NCBI GenBank assembly: GCA_963797095.1
Contig: CAWCNY010000006.1
Location: forward strand, 640,001-704,000
DNA: 64,000 bases
Reading direction: 5' to 3'
DNA from: an uncultured Chloroflexia bacterium
Lineage (GTDB): Bacteria > Chloroflexota > Chloroflexia > QHBQ01 > JADMIH01
The notes under the pieces are model-generated. The model ran no database searches. It worked only from the letters and a program-made list of their open reading frames with translations, and had not been told where the DNA came from. Numbering within the stretch: position 1 is the first letter of the stretch; each line of letters starts with the position of its first letter. Both the position numbers and the translations under genes were made by a program. Below, in pieces: positions 32,120 to 41,178 of the stretch.

Positions 32120-32350
32120 TTGACAAATAAGATTGGCGAAACCAGGGTAGAAGGCAAGGTCGCAGAAGCGGCGCCAAACAGCACATGGAGTGTGCAACTC
32201 GACAACGGCCACATGGTAATTGCCCGGCTCGATGACAAATTGAGGATGAACGCAGTACGCGTGATTCCGGGCGACCGAGTGGCGCTGGTGCTTTCTCCCT
32301 ATGATCTCACCAGGGGCCGGATCGTAGAGCGGCTGAAACAGACGAAGTGA
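32120..32350 (+). CDS. infA: Translation initiation factor IF-1 (divergent)
   Basis: LDNGH, PGDRV..LSPYDLTRGRI; canonical map-infA-rpmJ position; TTG start. Confidence 0.88.
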   Translation: MTNKIGETRVEGKVAEAAPNSTWSVQLDNGHMVIARLDDKLRMNAVRVIPGDRVALVLSPYDLTRGRIVERLKQTK

Positions 32351-32444
32351 GAAGTGAAGCGTAATGAGTGAAACGTGATGCGTGAAAATGAAAGCGTATC
32401 GCACAAATGAAGAAGACAGGTCACATATCACGTATTACGCATCA
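32344..32444. repeat. Heptamer inverted-repeat element (ACGTGA/TCACGT)
   Basis: GAAGTGA GAAGTGA AGCGTAA TGAGTGA AACGTGA TGCGTGA ... TCACATA TCACGTA TTACGCA. Confidence 0.85.
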
Positions 32445-32469
32445 GAGATCGGTTAGGAGTTAATTAGAA

Positions 32470-32583
32470 ATGAAAGTACGAGCATCAGTGAAGCCGCGCT
32501 GCGCCAAGTGCCGAATCATCAAGCGGGCAGGCGTGGTAATGGTCATTTGCAGCGACCCGAAGCACAAGCAACGACAGGGCTAA
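32470..32583 (+). CDS. rpmJ: 50S ribosomal protein L36
   Basis: Manual translation [37 protein letters not shown]. Confidence 0.98.
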   Translation: MKVRASVKPRCAKCRIIKRAGVVMVICSDPKHKQRQG

Positions 32584-32655
32584 TTGCGGAACGCCGGTTG
32601 CGTGTTTGTCTCCTTACCAGGACAAACCCGCAATCCAAAATCTGAAATCCGCAAT
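32583..32655. repeat. Heptamer inverted-repeat element (ATTGCGG/CCGCAAT)
   Basis: ATTGCGG..GTTGCGT GTTTGTC ... GACAAAC CCGCAAT CCAAAAT CTGAAAT CCGCAAT. Confidence 0.8.
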
Positions 32656-32674
32656 TCCCAAGTGGGAGGAATAA

Positions 32675-33046
32675 GTGGCAAGAATCGCCGGCGTAGACAT
32701 TCCCCGCAACAAGCGGGTCGAGATCGCACTTACCTATATATTTGGAATCGGGCCGACCAGCGCCAAGCAGATCGTTGCCAGGACCAATGTGGACCCCGAC
32801 ACCCGCGTGAATAACCTCACTGAAGAAGAGGTCAACCGCATCCGCGAGGTAGTCGACAAGGAGTACACCGTCGAAGGCGACCTGCGCCGTCAGGTTAGCA
32901 TGAACATCAAGCGCTTGATCGAAATCAAGTGCTATCGCGGTATCAGGCACACCCGCGGTCTGCCCGTGCATGGGCAGCGTACCCGCACCAATGCACGCAC
33001 CCGCCGTGGCCCTCGCAGGACAGTAGGCGTCCGCCGCAAGAAGTAA
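32675..33046 (+). CDS. rpsM: 30S ribosomal protein S13
   Basis: [25 protein letters not shown]. Confidence 0.99.
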   Translation: MARIAGVDIPRNKRVEIALTYIFGIGPTSAKQIVARTNVDPDTRVNNLTEEEVNRIREVVDKEYTVEGDLRRQVSMNIKRLIEIKCYRGIRHTRGLPVHGQRTRTNARTRRGPRRTVGVRRKK

Positions 33047-33052
33047 GTAAAT

Positions 33053-33124
33053 GACCACAGGCGAACGACGAATGACGCAAGAGATTCTCCCCAGTTATTC
33101 GTCATTCGTCCACCGTCTTTCGTC
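33053..33124. repeat. Heptamer inverted-repeat element (GACGA family)
   Basis: GACCACA GGCGAAC GACGAAT GACGCAA ... ATTCGTC ATTCGTC CACCGTC TTTCGTC. Confidence 0.85.
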
Positions 33125-33141
33125 AATTACGAGGAGATACG

Positions 33142-33567
33142 ATGGCTGAGAAGCAGCAAAGCAGCAAAGTAACAGCTACCAAGGCACGGCAGGCGCGAGC
33201 GCGCAGACGCGAGCGCAAGATGGTGCCACGCGGGACCGCCTACGTGCAGTCGAGCTTTAACAACACGATTGTGACGCTGGCCGATCCCCAGGGCAACGTA
33301 CTCTCGTGGGGCAGTGCCGGTGCTACCGGCTTCAAAGGCTCCCGCAAGAGCACACCCTATGCGGCGCAGATTACCGCCGACGGTGCGGCCCGCCGCGCTA
33401 TGGAGCACGGCCTTCGTCAAGTAGAAGTATTCGTGAAGGGTCCAGGCGCTGGCCGTGAGGCCGCCATTCGCGCCATTCAGGCAGCAGGTATCCAGGTAGT
33501 CGCCATAACCGACATAACACCAATACCTCATAATGGCTGTCGCCCTCCGAAGCGAAGACGCGTATAA
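33142..33567 (+). CDS. rpsK: 30S ribosomal protein S11
   Basis: [31 protein letters not shown]. Confidence 0.99.
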   Translation: MAEKQQSSKVTATKARQARARRRERKMVPRGTAYVQSSFNNTIVTLADPQGNVLSWGSAGATGFKGSRKSTPYAAQITADGAARRAMEHGLRQVEVFVKGPGAGREAAIRAIQAAGIQVVAITDITPIPHNGCRPPKRRRV

Positions 33568-33662
33568 CTGACATAGATTAGGGTTGGGAGATTAGCCCTC
33601 CCGGTCCTCACCCACAATATATTCTGCGGTCAGGCAGGTGCGTTGGAACTCCGCGGCAACTT

Positions 33663-33740
33663 AGTTCCGGCAACCCTATCTGAAAACGAACATATAGATA
33701 ACGCGCCCAACCCCAGCAAACCGGGAGTTGGGCCGGAACT
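33663..33740 (+). promoter_or_regulatory. Candidate structured rpsD leader
   Basis: AGTTCCGG(C)/(G)CCGGAACT outer helix enclosing two hairpins just upstream of the SD. Confidence 0.5.
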
Positions 33741-33759
33741 GTGATTATACGGAGATAAA

Positions 33760-34386
33760 ATGGCAAGATATACAGGTCCAGTTTGCAAACTGTGCAGGCG
33801 TGAAGGCATGAAGCTCTTCCTCAAGGGAGACAAGTGCTTCCGCAACTGCACCTTCGAAAAGCGAAGCCAACCGCCTGGCCCTCACATGCAGCGCCGCGGA
33901 CGCAAGGTGTCTGACTTCGGACTTCAGCTTCGCGAGAAGCAAAAGGCCCGCAGAATATACGGCGTTTTGGAGCGCCAGTTCCGCCGCCACTTCGAGGCTG
34001 CCGAGCACCGCCCCGGTGTGACGGGCGAGAACCTACTCATGGTGCTCGAAATGCGCCTCGACAACGTGGTCTATCGGCTTGGCTTTGCCGATTCGCGTGC
34101 CCAGGCCCGCCAGATAGTGCGCCACGGTCACTTCGCCCTCAACGGCCAGAAGACCGATGTGCCTTCAGCCATCTGCAAGCCTGGCGACGAAATCAGCGTT
34201 CGCGAAGTCTCCCGCGCTAATGAGTATTTCCAGGTTGCCCAGGCCCAGCTGCCTCGCAAGGATATAGCTGCCTGGATGGCGGTAAGCGCGCCCAATATGA
34301 GTGGCCGCATCGAACGAATGCCCAGCCGCGATGAGCTTGGTCTAGATCTGAATGAGCAGTTGATCGTAGAGTTTTACAGCCGGTAG
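33760..34386 (+). CDS. rpsD: 30S ribosomal protein S4
   Basis: [36 protein letters not shown]. Confidence 0.99.
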   Translation: MARYTGPVCKLCRREGMKLFLKGDKCFRNCTFEKRSQPPGPHMQRRGRKVSDFGLQLREKQKARRIYGVLERQFRRHFEAAEHRPGVTGENLLMVLEMRLDNVVYRLGFADSRAQARQIVRHGHFALNGQKTDVPSAICKPGDEISVREVSRANEYFQVAQAQLPRKDIAAWMAVSAPNMSGRIERMPSRDELGLDLNEQLIVEFYSR

Positions 34387-34388
34387 GA

Positions 34389-34450
34389 AAGTGAGACGTG
34401 ATCGTAATATGTGAGCTCAAATTCACGTATCGCGTATCACCTATCACGAA
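34389..34450. repeat. Heptamer inverted-repeat element (ACGTGA/TCACGT)
   Basis: AAGTGA GACGTGA..TATGTGA ... TCACGTA TCGCGTA TCACCTA TCACGAA then CAGGAG. Confidence 0.8.
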
Positions 34451-34465
34451 CAGGAGAGAGCAACT

Positions 34466-35830
34466 TTGACAAGTGGAATAACAAGCAGTCTGCCTAATGT
34501 CGTGGCGGTGGCGACAGCCCCCAACTATGGCCGGTTTGCAATCGGTCCGTTGGAGGGAGGGATCGGCATCACGCTGGGCAACGCTTTGCGCCGCATTCTG
34601 CTGTCCTCGCTACCCGGCTCTGCGGTTACCAGCGTGCGGATTCAGAACGTGTACCACGAGTTTTCGTGCATACCTAATGTGCGCGAAGACGTGACAGAGA
34701 TCGTACTTAATGTAAAGAACATCCGCCTTCGCTCTTACAGCGACCGGGCGGTGCGCCTCAACCTGAGCAAATATGGCCCAGGCGAAGTGCGCGCTGGCGA
34801 TATTGACCTGCCCGCCAACGTCGAATTGGTCAATCCCGAATTGGTGCTGGCTACCCTCGATGGTACCGGTGCCCGCCTTGAGATGGAACTGACAGTAGAG
34901 CGCGGTCGCGGCTATGTGTCCTTTGAGGCCCGCGAGGGGATGCAGATCGGCACGATACCCGTTGATGCCATCTTCTCACCCATCCCTAAGGTGAACTACC
35001 TTGTACAGTCCGCCGACGCCGATGTCCTCTACCCCATACCTGAGGTGGGCGATACCACGGCTGAGTCGAACGGCGCGACCGACTCTGACTCGGCCCCCGT
35101 CGTAGACCTGACAGGACGCGAACAATTGCAGATCGAAATCTGGACGGATGGCACGATTGACCCCGGCGAGGCCCTTAGCCTATCGGCCCAATATCTCGCC
35201 CAGCATTCGTCCCTGATCAGCAACTTCAACAAGCAGGCCGCCCCCACAGGGCGCGAGCTACCCGGCGCGATCGCCATCCCGCCCCACCTGTTCGAGATGC
35301 CTATCGAGGATCTCAATCTCTCGATGCGCACCTACAACTGCCTCAAGAGAAGTGGTATCACTAAAGTAGGTCAGGTTCTCCGCATGGAGAAGAAAGAACT
35401 TCTCGGCCTGCGCAATTTCGGCGAGAAATCGTTTGATGAACTGCACCAGGCCCTCTCCACGCGCGACCTGATCCCGCCTGGCACTCCGCTCGACCTTTCA
35501 GGCGAAAATGAGGAAGGTGCGGAAGGCGAAGGCGAGGACGAAAGCCTGGATCAGGTGGAAGTCGGGTATGGAGAATACGATGCCCCTGCTGAACCTGAGG
35601 CCTTTATGGGTGAAGGGGAGGGCGGCGATGATTATCGCTCTGCCGAGGTTGTAGACCTTGCAGGCGAGAGTGAAGGCAGCGCGGAAGCCTCTGCCGGTAT
35701 CTACATCGACGGTGAGCCTGCCTCTGACGGCATAGACCTCACCCCTGACCCCGATACCACGGGCGAGATCGACACCGAAGAAGAGGCCGCTGAAGAGGCC
35801 CAGTCCAAACCAAGAAGCAAAAGGAAGTAG
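34466..35830 (+). CDS. rpoA: RNA polymerase alpha subunit with long acidic tail
   Basis: TLGNALRRILLSS, IPVDAIFSP, LSMRTYNCLKR, RNFGEKS; TTG start. Confidence 0.97.
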   Translation: MTSGITSSLPNVVAVATAPNYGRFAIGPLEGGIGITLGNALRRILLSSLPGSAVTSVRIQNVYHEFSCIPNVREDVTEIVLNVKNIRLRSYSDRAVRLNLSKYGPGEVRAGDIDLPANVELVNPELVLATLDGTGARLEMELTVERGRGYVSFEAREGMQIGTIPVDAIFSPIPKVNYLVQSADADVLYPIPEVGDTTAESNGATDSDSAPVVDLTGREQLQIEIWTDGTIDPGEALSLSAQYLAQHSSLISNFNKQAAPTGRELPGAIAIPPHLFEMPIEDLNLSMRTYNCLKRSGITKVGQVLRMEKKELLGLRNFGEKSFDELHQALSTRDLIPPGTPLDLSGENEEGAEGEGEDESLDQVEVGYGEYDAPAEPEAFMGEGEGGDDYRSAEVVDLAGESEGSAEASAGIYIDGEPASDGIDLTPDPDTTGEIDTEEEAAEEAQSKPRSKRK

Positions 35831-35885
35831 TCACAGGTAGCGGAACTTTCACACCTGACTACCGACTACCGACCACTGACTACCG
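35827..35885. repeat. Heptamer element (GTAGTCA/CGACTAC)
   Basis: GTAGTCA ... TGACTAC CGACTAC CGACCAC TGACTAC CG then AAGGAG. Confidence 0.8.
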
Positions 35886-35897
35886 AAGGAGATAGTA

Positions 35898-36254
35898 ATG
35901 CGACACAGAGTAAAAAGCCGGAGCTTTGGCCGCAGCAGCGGTGAGCGCCGTGCGCTCTTCAGGAACCAGCTTGTGAGCCTGCTCATGCATGAGCGCATCC
36001 GCACCACCGAGGCCAAGGCTCGCGAGCTTCAGCCCATGGCCGAGCACGTGATCGCTCTGGGCCGCGAAGATACCGAGCGGAACCGTACGACCGCCGCCTC
36101 CATCCTGGCGAACTCGCTGATGGTGCGCAAGCTGTTCGAGGACATTGGTCCCCGTTACATCGATCGCTACGGCGGTTACACTCGAATCTACAAGCTCCAC
36201 CAGCGCCCTGGCGACGGTTCGTTGGTATGCCAGCTTGAGCTAGTAGAAGAGTAA
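35898..36254 (+). CDS. rplQ: 50S ribosomal protein L17
   Basis: MRHR, RIRTTEAKA, GGYTRI. Confidence 0.98.
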   Translation: MRHRVKSRSFGRSSGERRALFRNQLVSLLMHERIRTTEAKARELQPMAEHVIALGREDTERNRTTAASILANSLMVRKLFEDIGPRYIDRYGGYTRIYKLHQRPGDGSLVCQLELVEE

Positions 36255-36259
36255 GGCAC

Positions 36260-36314
36260 GACGAAAGACGAATAGCGAAGATAGTCCTTCGCCGTCCGTC
36301 CTTCGTCGTTCGTC
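36260..36314. repeat. Heptamer inverted-repeat element (GACGA family)
   Basis: GACGAAA GACGAAT AGCGAAG ... CTTCGCC GTCCGTC CTTCGTC GTTCGTC. Confidence 0.85.
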
Positions 36315-36321
36315 TTGACAG

Positions 36322-37164
36322 TTGCACCTTAAATTACGAATACAGTACGACGGCACCGACTTCCTGGGTTCACAACTCCAGAAAGAAGGGCGGACCGTGC
36401 AGGCCGAACTTGAGGCCGCTCTCTTGAGGCTGGCTGGCGCTCCCATCAGAGTAGCGTTAGCCGGGCGCACCGACAGCGGAGTTCATGCCTGGGGACAGGT
36501 GGCAAGCCTCGACTTTCCTGAGAGGCCGCGCCTGGACTCTCCGGTTGTGATAGCAAAGGCCCTCAATGCCCTACTCCCACACGACATGGCCGTGCTTGGT
36601 GCGGAGATAGTCTCAAAGGACTTCCACGCTCGCTTCAGCGCCAAACGCCGGGCCTACCGCTACCTCCTGCTGAACGCGCCGGCACCTCTACCAATCCTGA
36701 GACGCTACGCGCTTCACGTCCCCCAGGCTCTCGACACCGGAGCGATGGCGCAAGCCGCAGCCCTGTTGGTGGGCACCCACGATATGGCAGCCTTCGCCGG
36801 AAGCGGCTTGGGCGTCCCGGATCGCGAAGATGAACTGGAATCTGGCGAAAGCAAACCCTCTACGTTCCGCACGATCCACTTAGCGCGCATGCTGCCGCTC
36901 GACCCCTCGGTCGATCCCTGGCACTGGCAAGCCCCCGAACCGGCGGGCGTGGATACCCCTCAAGGCGACCTCTGGGCGATTGACCTCGTAGCCAATGCCT
37001 TCCTGCCGCAAATGGTCCGCACAATCGTGGGCACCCTCCTCGAAGTGGGACTGGGCAAACGTACTGTAGAAAGCATAGAAACGTTGATCAAGATCAGAGA
37101 TCGCAGGCAAGCAGGCCAAACTGCCAGGCCACACGGCCTATGCCTCCTCTGGGTAGAGTACTGA
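36322..37164 (+). CDS. truA: tRNA pseudouridine synthase A
   Basis: YDGTDF, AGRTDSGVHA, FHARFSA, FLPQMVR. Confidence 0.96.
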   Translation: MHLKLRIQYDGTDFLGSQLQKEGRTVQAELEAALLRLAGAPIRVALAGRTDSGVHAWGQVASLDFPERPRLDSPVVIAKALNALLPHDMAVLGAEIVSKDFHARFSAKRRAYRYLLLNAPAPLPILRRYALHVPQALDTGAMAQAAALLVGTHDMAAFAGSGLGVPDREDELESGESKPSTFRTIHLARMLPLDPSVDPWHWQAPEPAGVDTPQGDLWAIDLVANAFLPQMVRTIVGTLLEVGLGKRTVESIETLIKIRDRRQAGQTARPHGLCLLWVEY

Positions 37165-37172
37165 ATCGTGTG

Positions 37173-37224
37173 GAAGATAGACGGTAGCTCATATCGTTGC
37201 CCATCGTCTATCGTCCATCGTCCA
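37173..37224. repeat. Heptamer element (GACGATR/YATCGTC)
   Basis: GAAGATA GACGGTA ... CATCGTC TATCGTC CATCGTC. Confidence 0.75.
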
Positions 37225-37241
37225 CATGGAGAAGAAGAGTA

Positions 37242-37715
37242 ATGAGCACAAAGACATATACACCGACCGCCGCTGAAGCCGACGCTGCCCGCAACTGGTA
37301 CCTCGTTGATGCCAAGGGCCAGACCCTCGGCAGGTTGGCGACCCTGGTTGCCCAGTACCTGCGCGGCAAGCACAAGCCCACTTTCGTCACCCACATGGAT
37401 ATGGGTGACTACGTGGTTGTGATCAATGCGGCCGATGTGGTAGTCACAGGCAACAAGACTAACGACAAGATGTACTATCGCCACTCCGGTCACATGGGCC
37501 ACCTCAAGACCATCCCCTACAGCGAGATGATCAAGACCCACCCGACCTTCCCGGTAGAAGACGCTGTGCGCGGTATGCTCCCCCACAACCGCCTCGGCGA
37601 TCAGATGCTGATGAAGCTGAAAGTGTACGCAGGCCCGCAGCACCCACACGCTGCCCAGAAGCCCGTTCCTCTGCGCATAAACCAGGAGACCGGCGCCTTC
37701 GAAGTAATAGGCTAG
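37242..37715 (+). CDS. rplM: 50S ribosomal protein L13
   Basis: DAKGQTLGRLA, GKHKP, YRHSGH, HPHAAQKP. Confidence 0.98.
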   Translation: MSTKTYTPTAAEADAARNWYLVDAKGQTLGRLATLVAQYLRGKHKPTFVTHMDMGDYVVVINAADVVVTGNKTNDKMYYRHSGHMGHLKTIPYSEMIKTHPTFPVEDAVRGMLPHNRLGDQMLMKLKVYAGPQHPHAAQKPVPLRINQETGAFEVIG

Positions 37716-37790
37716 TTATCGCTTGTCGGTTGCCTATCATCGGTTTCTTGAGACAATAACAACCGGCAACCGATAGCGTGATAACCGACA
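37715..37790. repeat. Heptamer inverted-repeat element (GTTGTCG/CGACAAC-like)
   Basis: GTTATCG CTTGTCG GTTGCCT ATCATCG ... AACCGGC AACCGAT..AACCGAC. Confidence 0.75.
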
Positions 37791-37803
37791 CCTAAGGAGA
37801 ATT

Positions 37804-38223
37804 ATGGACAATACCACTCGCAGCACAGATAGACCGGCATATTTCTACGGCACAGGTCGCAGGAAGAGCGCCGTGGCTCGCGTCCGCCTCTATCCCGGCA
37901 ATGGTCAGATCGTGATCAACGGTAAAGAGGCCGCTGACTACTTCGGTGGCCGCGCCATCTACGGCCAGATGATCAACCAGCCTCTCGATCTGACCGACAA
38001 CACCACTAAGTACAATGTCACCGTCAAAGTGCTTGGCGGTGGTGTGACAGGGCAGGCAGGTGCCGTGCGTCATGGCCTGGCCCGCGCCCTCGTCCAGGCT
38101 GATGGCAACTTCCGACCAGTCCTCAAGAGAGCCGGCCTGCTGGCTCGCGATGCCCGCGTCAAAGAGCGCAAGAAGGCCGGTCTGAAGCGCGCTCGCAAGG
38201 CTCCTCAGTACACGAAGCGCTAA
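37804..38223 (+). CDS. rpsI: 30S ribosomal protein S9
   Basis: [21 protein letters not shown]. Confidence 0.99.
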   Translation: MDNTTRSTDRPAYFYGTGRRKSAVARVRLYPGNGQIVINGKEAADYFGGRAIYGQMINQPLDLTDNTTKYNVTVKVLGGGVTGQAGAVRHGLARALVQADGNFRPVLKRAGLLARDARVKERKKAGLKRARKAPQYTKR

Positions 38224-38244
38224 TTACAGCCACGCTCAACTAAT

Positions 38245-38292
38245 ACAAGGCAAGAGATACCCGCTCTTTAGTTGGTATTTCCTGCCTTGTTT
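38245..38292 (+). terminator. Terminator after rpsI
   Basis: ACAAGGCA.GA.ATACC ... GGTATTTCCTGCCTTGT TT. Confidence 0.65.
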
Positions 38293-38376
38293 GGCATCTT
38301 CTCCTCTGGCGAATAGGATCACCCATCTCATCGCGACCTTGCATCAGCCCTGCTCCATTCGATTCGCTCCATCTGC

Positions 38377-38406
38377 TTGACATAGCTTGACAGCCTGCAC
38401 TATAAT
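38377..38406 (+). promoter_or_regulatory. mreB promoter
   Basis: TTGACA-N18-TATAAT; GCTTGACA repeated at 10-bp spacing. Confidence 0.7.
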
Positions 38407-38612
38407 GCCTTGGCGGTTCCTGGGCCGGAACTCGGCAATCTTTTATGTATCAATCCGGTAGATTGCCGGGCCACCTATAGTAAGCGCTGGGTTCGGCACC
38501 CGTCACCGTCCTGTACTACGAGTACATCCACTATAACTTGCAAACTCGCGGCGTGGCGACGCGCCGCTTCTCTGCATTTTGTAATAATGCGAGCCAGCAT
38601 AGGAGACAACTA

Positions 38613-39680
38613 ATGATAGGCCCTTTGAACGCACTGTTCGGCCTTTTCAGCCGCGACCTCGGTGTAGACCTGGGCACGGCCAACACTCTCGTACATGTCA
38701 GAGGTAAGGGCATTGTGGTGTCCGAGCCTTCCGTAGTTGCCATCGACAAACGCAGCCGGAAGCCCTACGCGGTGGGTGCTGAAGCCAAAGCCATGGTCGG
38801 TAAGACCCCAGGCTACATCATCGCTATACGCCCCCTCAAGGATGGCGTGATAGCCGACTTCGACATGGTTGAAACCATGCTCAAGCACTTCATCCGTAAG
38901 GTGCACTCGCAGGGGCTGATGACCCCCAAGCCACGTGTGGTCATTGGCATCCCCTCTGGCGTAACCGAGGTCGAGCGTCGCGCCGCCCACGACGCCGCCA
39001 TCAACGCCGGGGCGCGTGAAGCCTATCCCATCGAGGAGCCGATGGCCGCAGCTATTGGTGCCGGTCTGCCGGTTCAGGAGCCTGTCGGCTCGATGATCGT
39101 GGACATCGGCGGTGGCACCACTGAAGTGGCTGTCATCTCGCTGGGCGGCATCGTGATCAACCACTCTATCCGCACGGCAGGCGATGAGATCGATGAGTCG
39201 ATCATCCAGTACGCTCGCCGAGAGCACAACCTCCATATCGGTGAGCGCATGGCCGAGGCCGCCAAGATCAACGCAGGCTCGGCTTATCCTCTGGAGCAGG
39301 AAGTTGCCGTTACCCTCCGTGGGCGTGATGCTATTACCGGCCTGCCCAAGGCCGTGGATGTCAGCAGCGTCGAGTTGCGCGAGGCAATCAGCCAACCTGT
39401 ATCGGAGCTTATAGAGGTGGTCAAGTTGGCTCTCGAAGAGACCCCACCTGAGCTTGTGGCCGACATCATGGAGAACGGTATCACCCTGGCCGGTGGTGGT
39501 GCTCTCCTCAAAGGGTTGGATAAGCGCCTCTCTATTGAGACCAAGATGCACGTCAATATCGCCGACGACCCCCTTACCTGCGTGGTACGTGGAGCGGGCC
39601 GCATCGTCGAGTCTCTTGAGCAGTACGACCGCATCCTCCGCTCCAGTGCCCAGAACCGCCGCGCCGTTGTAGTTCAGTAA
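38613..39680 (+). CDS. mreB: Rod shape-determining protein MreB
   Basis: DLGTANT, EPMAAAIGA, DIGGGTTE, GGGALL; ATG after AGGAG. Confidence 0.98.
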   Translation: MIGPLNALFGLFSRDLGVDLGTANTLVHVRGKGIVVSEPSVVAIDKRSRKPYAVGAEAKAMVGKTPGYIIAIRPLKDGVIADFDMVETMLKHFIRKVHSQGLMTPKPRVVIGIPSGVTEVERRAAHDAAINAGAREAYPIEEPMAAAIGAGLPVQEPVGSMIVDIGGGTTEVAVISLGGIVINHSIRTAGDEIDESIIQYARREHNLHIGERMAEAAKINAGSAYPLEQEVAVTLRGRDAITGLPKAVDVSSVELREAISQPVSELIEVVKLALEETPPELVADIMENGITLAGGGALLKGLDKRLSIETKMHVNIADDPLTCVVRGAGRIVESLEQYDRILRSSAQNRRAVVVQ

Positions 39681-39681
39681 C

Positions 39682-39737
39682 GACGGGTGACGAGAAGAGC
39701 GTAAACTGGAATCGTCGTTCGTCCTTTGTCTTTCGTC
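39682..39737. repeat. Heptamer element (GACGA family)
   Basis: GACGGGT GACGAGA ... AATCGTC GTTCGTC CTTTGTC TTTCGTC. Confidence 0.75.
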
Positions 39738-39758
39738 CCAAAAGAAAGTAGGCTCTCC

Positions 39759-40598
39759 ATGAAGCAGAAGGACCGTACCCTTTCATGGACACGAACGCTC
39801 TACTTGCTGGTGGCGCTGGTGCTGGTAAGCCTTGCCCTGATCCTGTTGAGCCAGGGGCGTACCCTCCAACCTGTAGAGGATGTCGCCAGTGCCATATTCA
39901 ATCCCATCCAGCAGGCAGCTAGTGATGTCACCTCCACCGTTGGCGGCTGGTTCAGCGGCTTTGGCCGCATGGGCGAGCTTGACGCCGAGAATAAACGCCT
40001 CCGCGAGGCGCTGGACGCTGTGACCGCCGAGAACGCTCGCCTTCAGGAGATGGGCCGCGAAAACGAGAGCTTGCGCGCCATGCTCAAATTCCAGGATGAA
40101 CGCCCCGACGTGGAGGCGGTGGTGGCGAACAGCATCGGCGGCGACCCAAGTGGCCTCACCAGGGTGCTTACCATAGACCAGGGTGCTAACGCGGGTATTG
40201 TGAAGGGCATGGCTGTCACCAGTCCCGGCGGCATACTGGTAGGCACTATCGACTCGGTCAAACCGGATCGCTCAAGTGTGCTCTTGATTACCGATGTCAA
40301 TTCCAGCATTCCGGTAGCGACCCAGCGGGCGCAGGTGCCGGGCGTGCTCGACGGCCAGTGGCAAAAGGGCGGCAATCTGACCATGACCCATATCCCACGC
40401 GATGCCGACGTGCAGAACGGCGACGTGCTTGTCACGTCAGGTCTGGGAGGTAGCTTCCCCAAAGGCATCCTCTGTGCCCAGATAGAGAATGTTCACCAGA
40501 ATGACGTTCAAGTAGAGAAGGATGCTGACGCTATCCCCCTGGTGGATCTGAATTCCCTGGAAGTGGTATTAGTAGTAACAAACGGCACAAGCGAGTGA
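39759..40598 (+). CDS. mreC: Rod shape-determining protein MreC
   Basis: N-terminal TM, coiled coil, GDVLVTSGLGGSFPKGI. Confidence 0.95.
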   Translation: MKQKDRTLSWTRTLYLLVALVLVSLALILLSQGRTLQPVEDVASAIFNPIQQAASDVTSTVGGWFSGFGRMGELDAENKRLREALDAVTAENARLQEMGRENESLRAMLKFQDERPDVEAVVANSIGGDPSGLTRVLTIDQGANAGIVKGMAVTSPGGILVGTIDSVKPDRSSVLLITDVNSSIPVATQRAQVPGVLDGQWQKGGNLTMTHIPRDADVQNGDVLVTSGLGGSFPKGILCAQIENVHQNDVQVEKDADAIPLVDLNSLEVVLVVTNGTSE

Positions 40599-40670
40599 AA
40601 CGTGATATGTGACCACCGCATACTGGTCACTCGCCACTGGTCACTCACCATCTGACTACCAACAACCGAT
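40592..40670. repeat. Heptamer inverted-repeat element (GAGTGA/GTCACT, mosaic)
   Basis: CGAGTGA AACGTGA TATGTGA ... GTCACTC GCCACTG GTCACTC..GACTACC AACAACC. Confidence 0.75.
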
Positions 40671-40671
40671 C

Positions 40672-41178
40672 ATGGTATATATAGGCACCATACTTCTCTT
40701 CCTCTCAGCGCTTGTCCAATCGGTCATCTTGCCGAAGGTCGTGCCGTTGGCGGCCATGCCCCATCTGGTGCTTCTGCTGGTGGTTGCCATCTGCCTTGTC
40801 GAAAGCCTGCACGATGCCATTATCTGGGGCTTCGTCGGCGGCCTTATCCTCGACCTGATGACCTCGCCAGCCCTTCCACTCGGCAGCAACGCCCTCCTGC
40901 TTGTGCTGGTCGCTCTCCTTGCCAGCCTGGGCCAGGCCGATCCATTCCGCACTCTCGTAGTCGTCCCCCTGGCTACCGTCTTTGGAGCTACCATCTTCTA
41001 CAATATCATGCTCATGCTTCTGCATCTCATTTCGGGCGAAAGTGTGCCCTTCTTCGATAACTTCCTGCGGGTTGCCCTTCCCGCCGCCATCATGAACGCT
41101 ATCCTGATGCCGGTCGCCTACAGCGCTATGCTATGGCTCAGTGAGCGGATCGGGAGGAGGATGCGCGTGGAATGGTAA
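40672..41178 (+). CDS. mreD: Rod shape-determining protein MreD
   Basis: Hydrophobic, P.LVL..., GFVGGLILD, LG; synteny; start moved to ATG 40672. Confidence 0.9.
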   Translation: MVYIGTILLFLSALVQSVILPKVVPLAAMPHLVLLLVVAICLVESLHDAIIWGFVGGLILDLMTSPALPLGSNALLLVLVALLASLGQADPFRTLVVVPLATVFGATIFYNIMLMLLHLISGESVPFFDNFLRVALPAAIMNAILMPVAYSAMLWLSERIGRRMRVEW

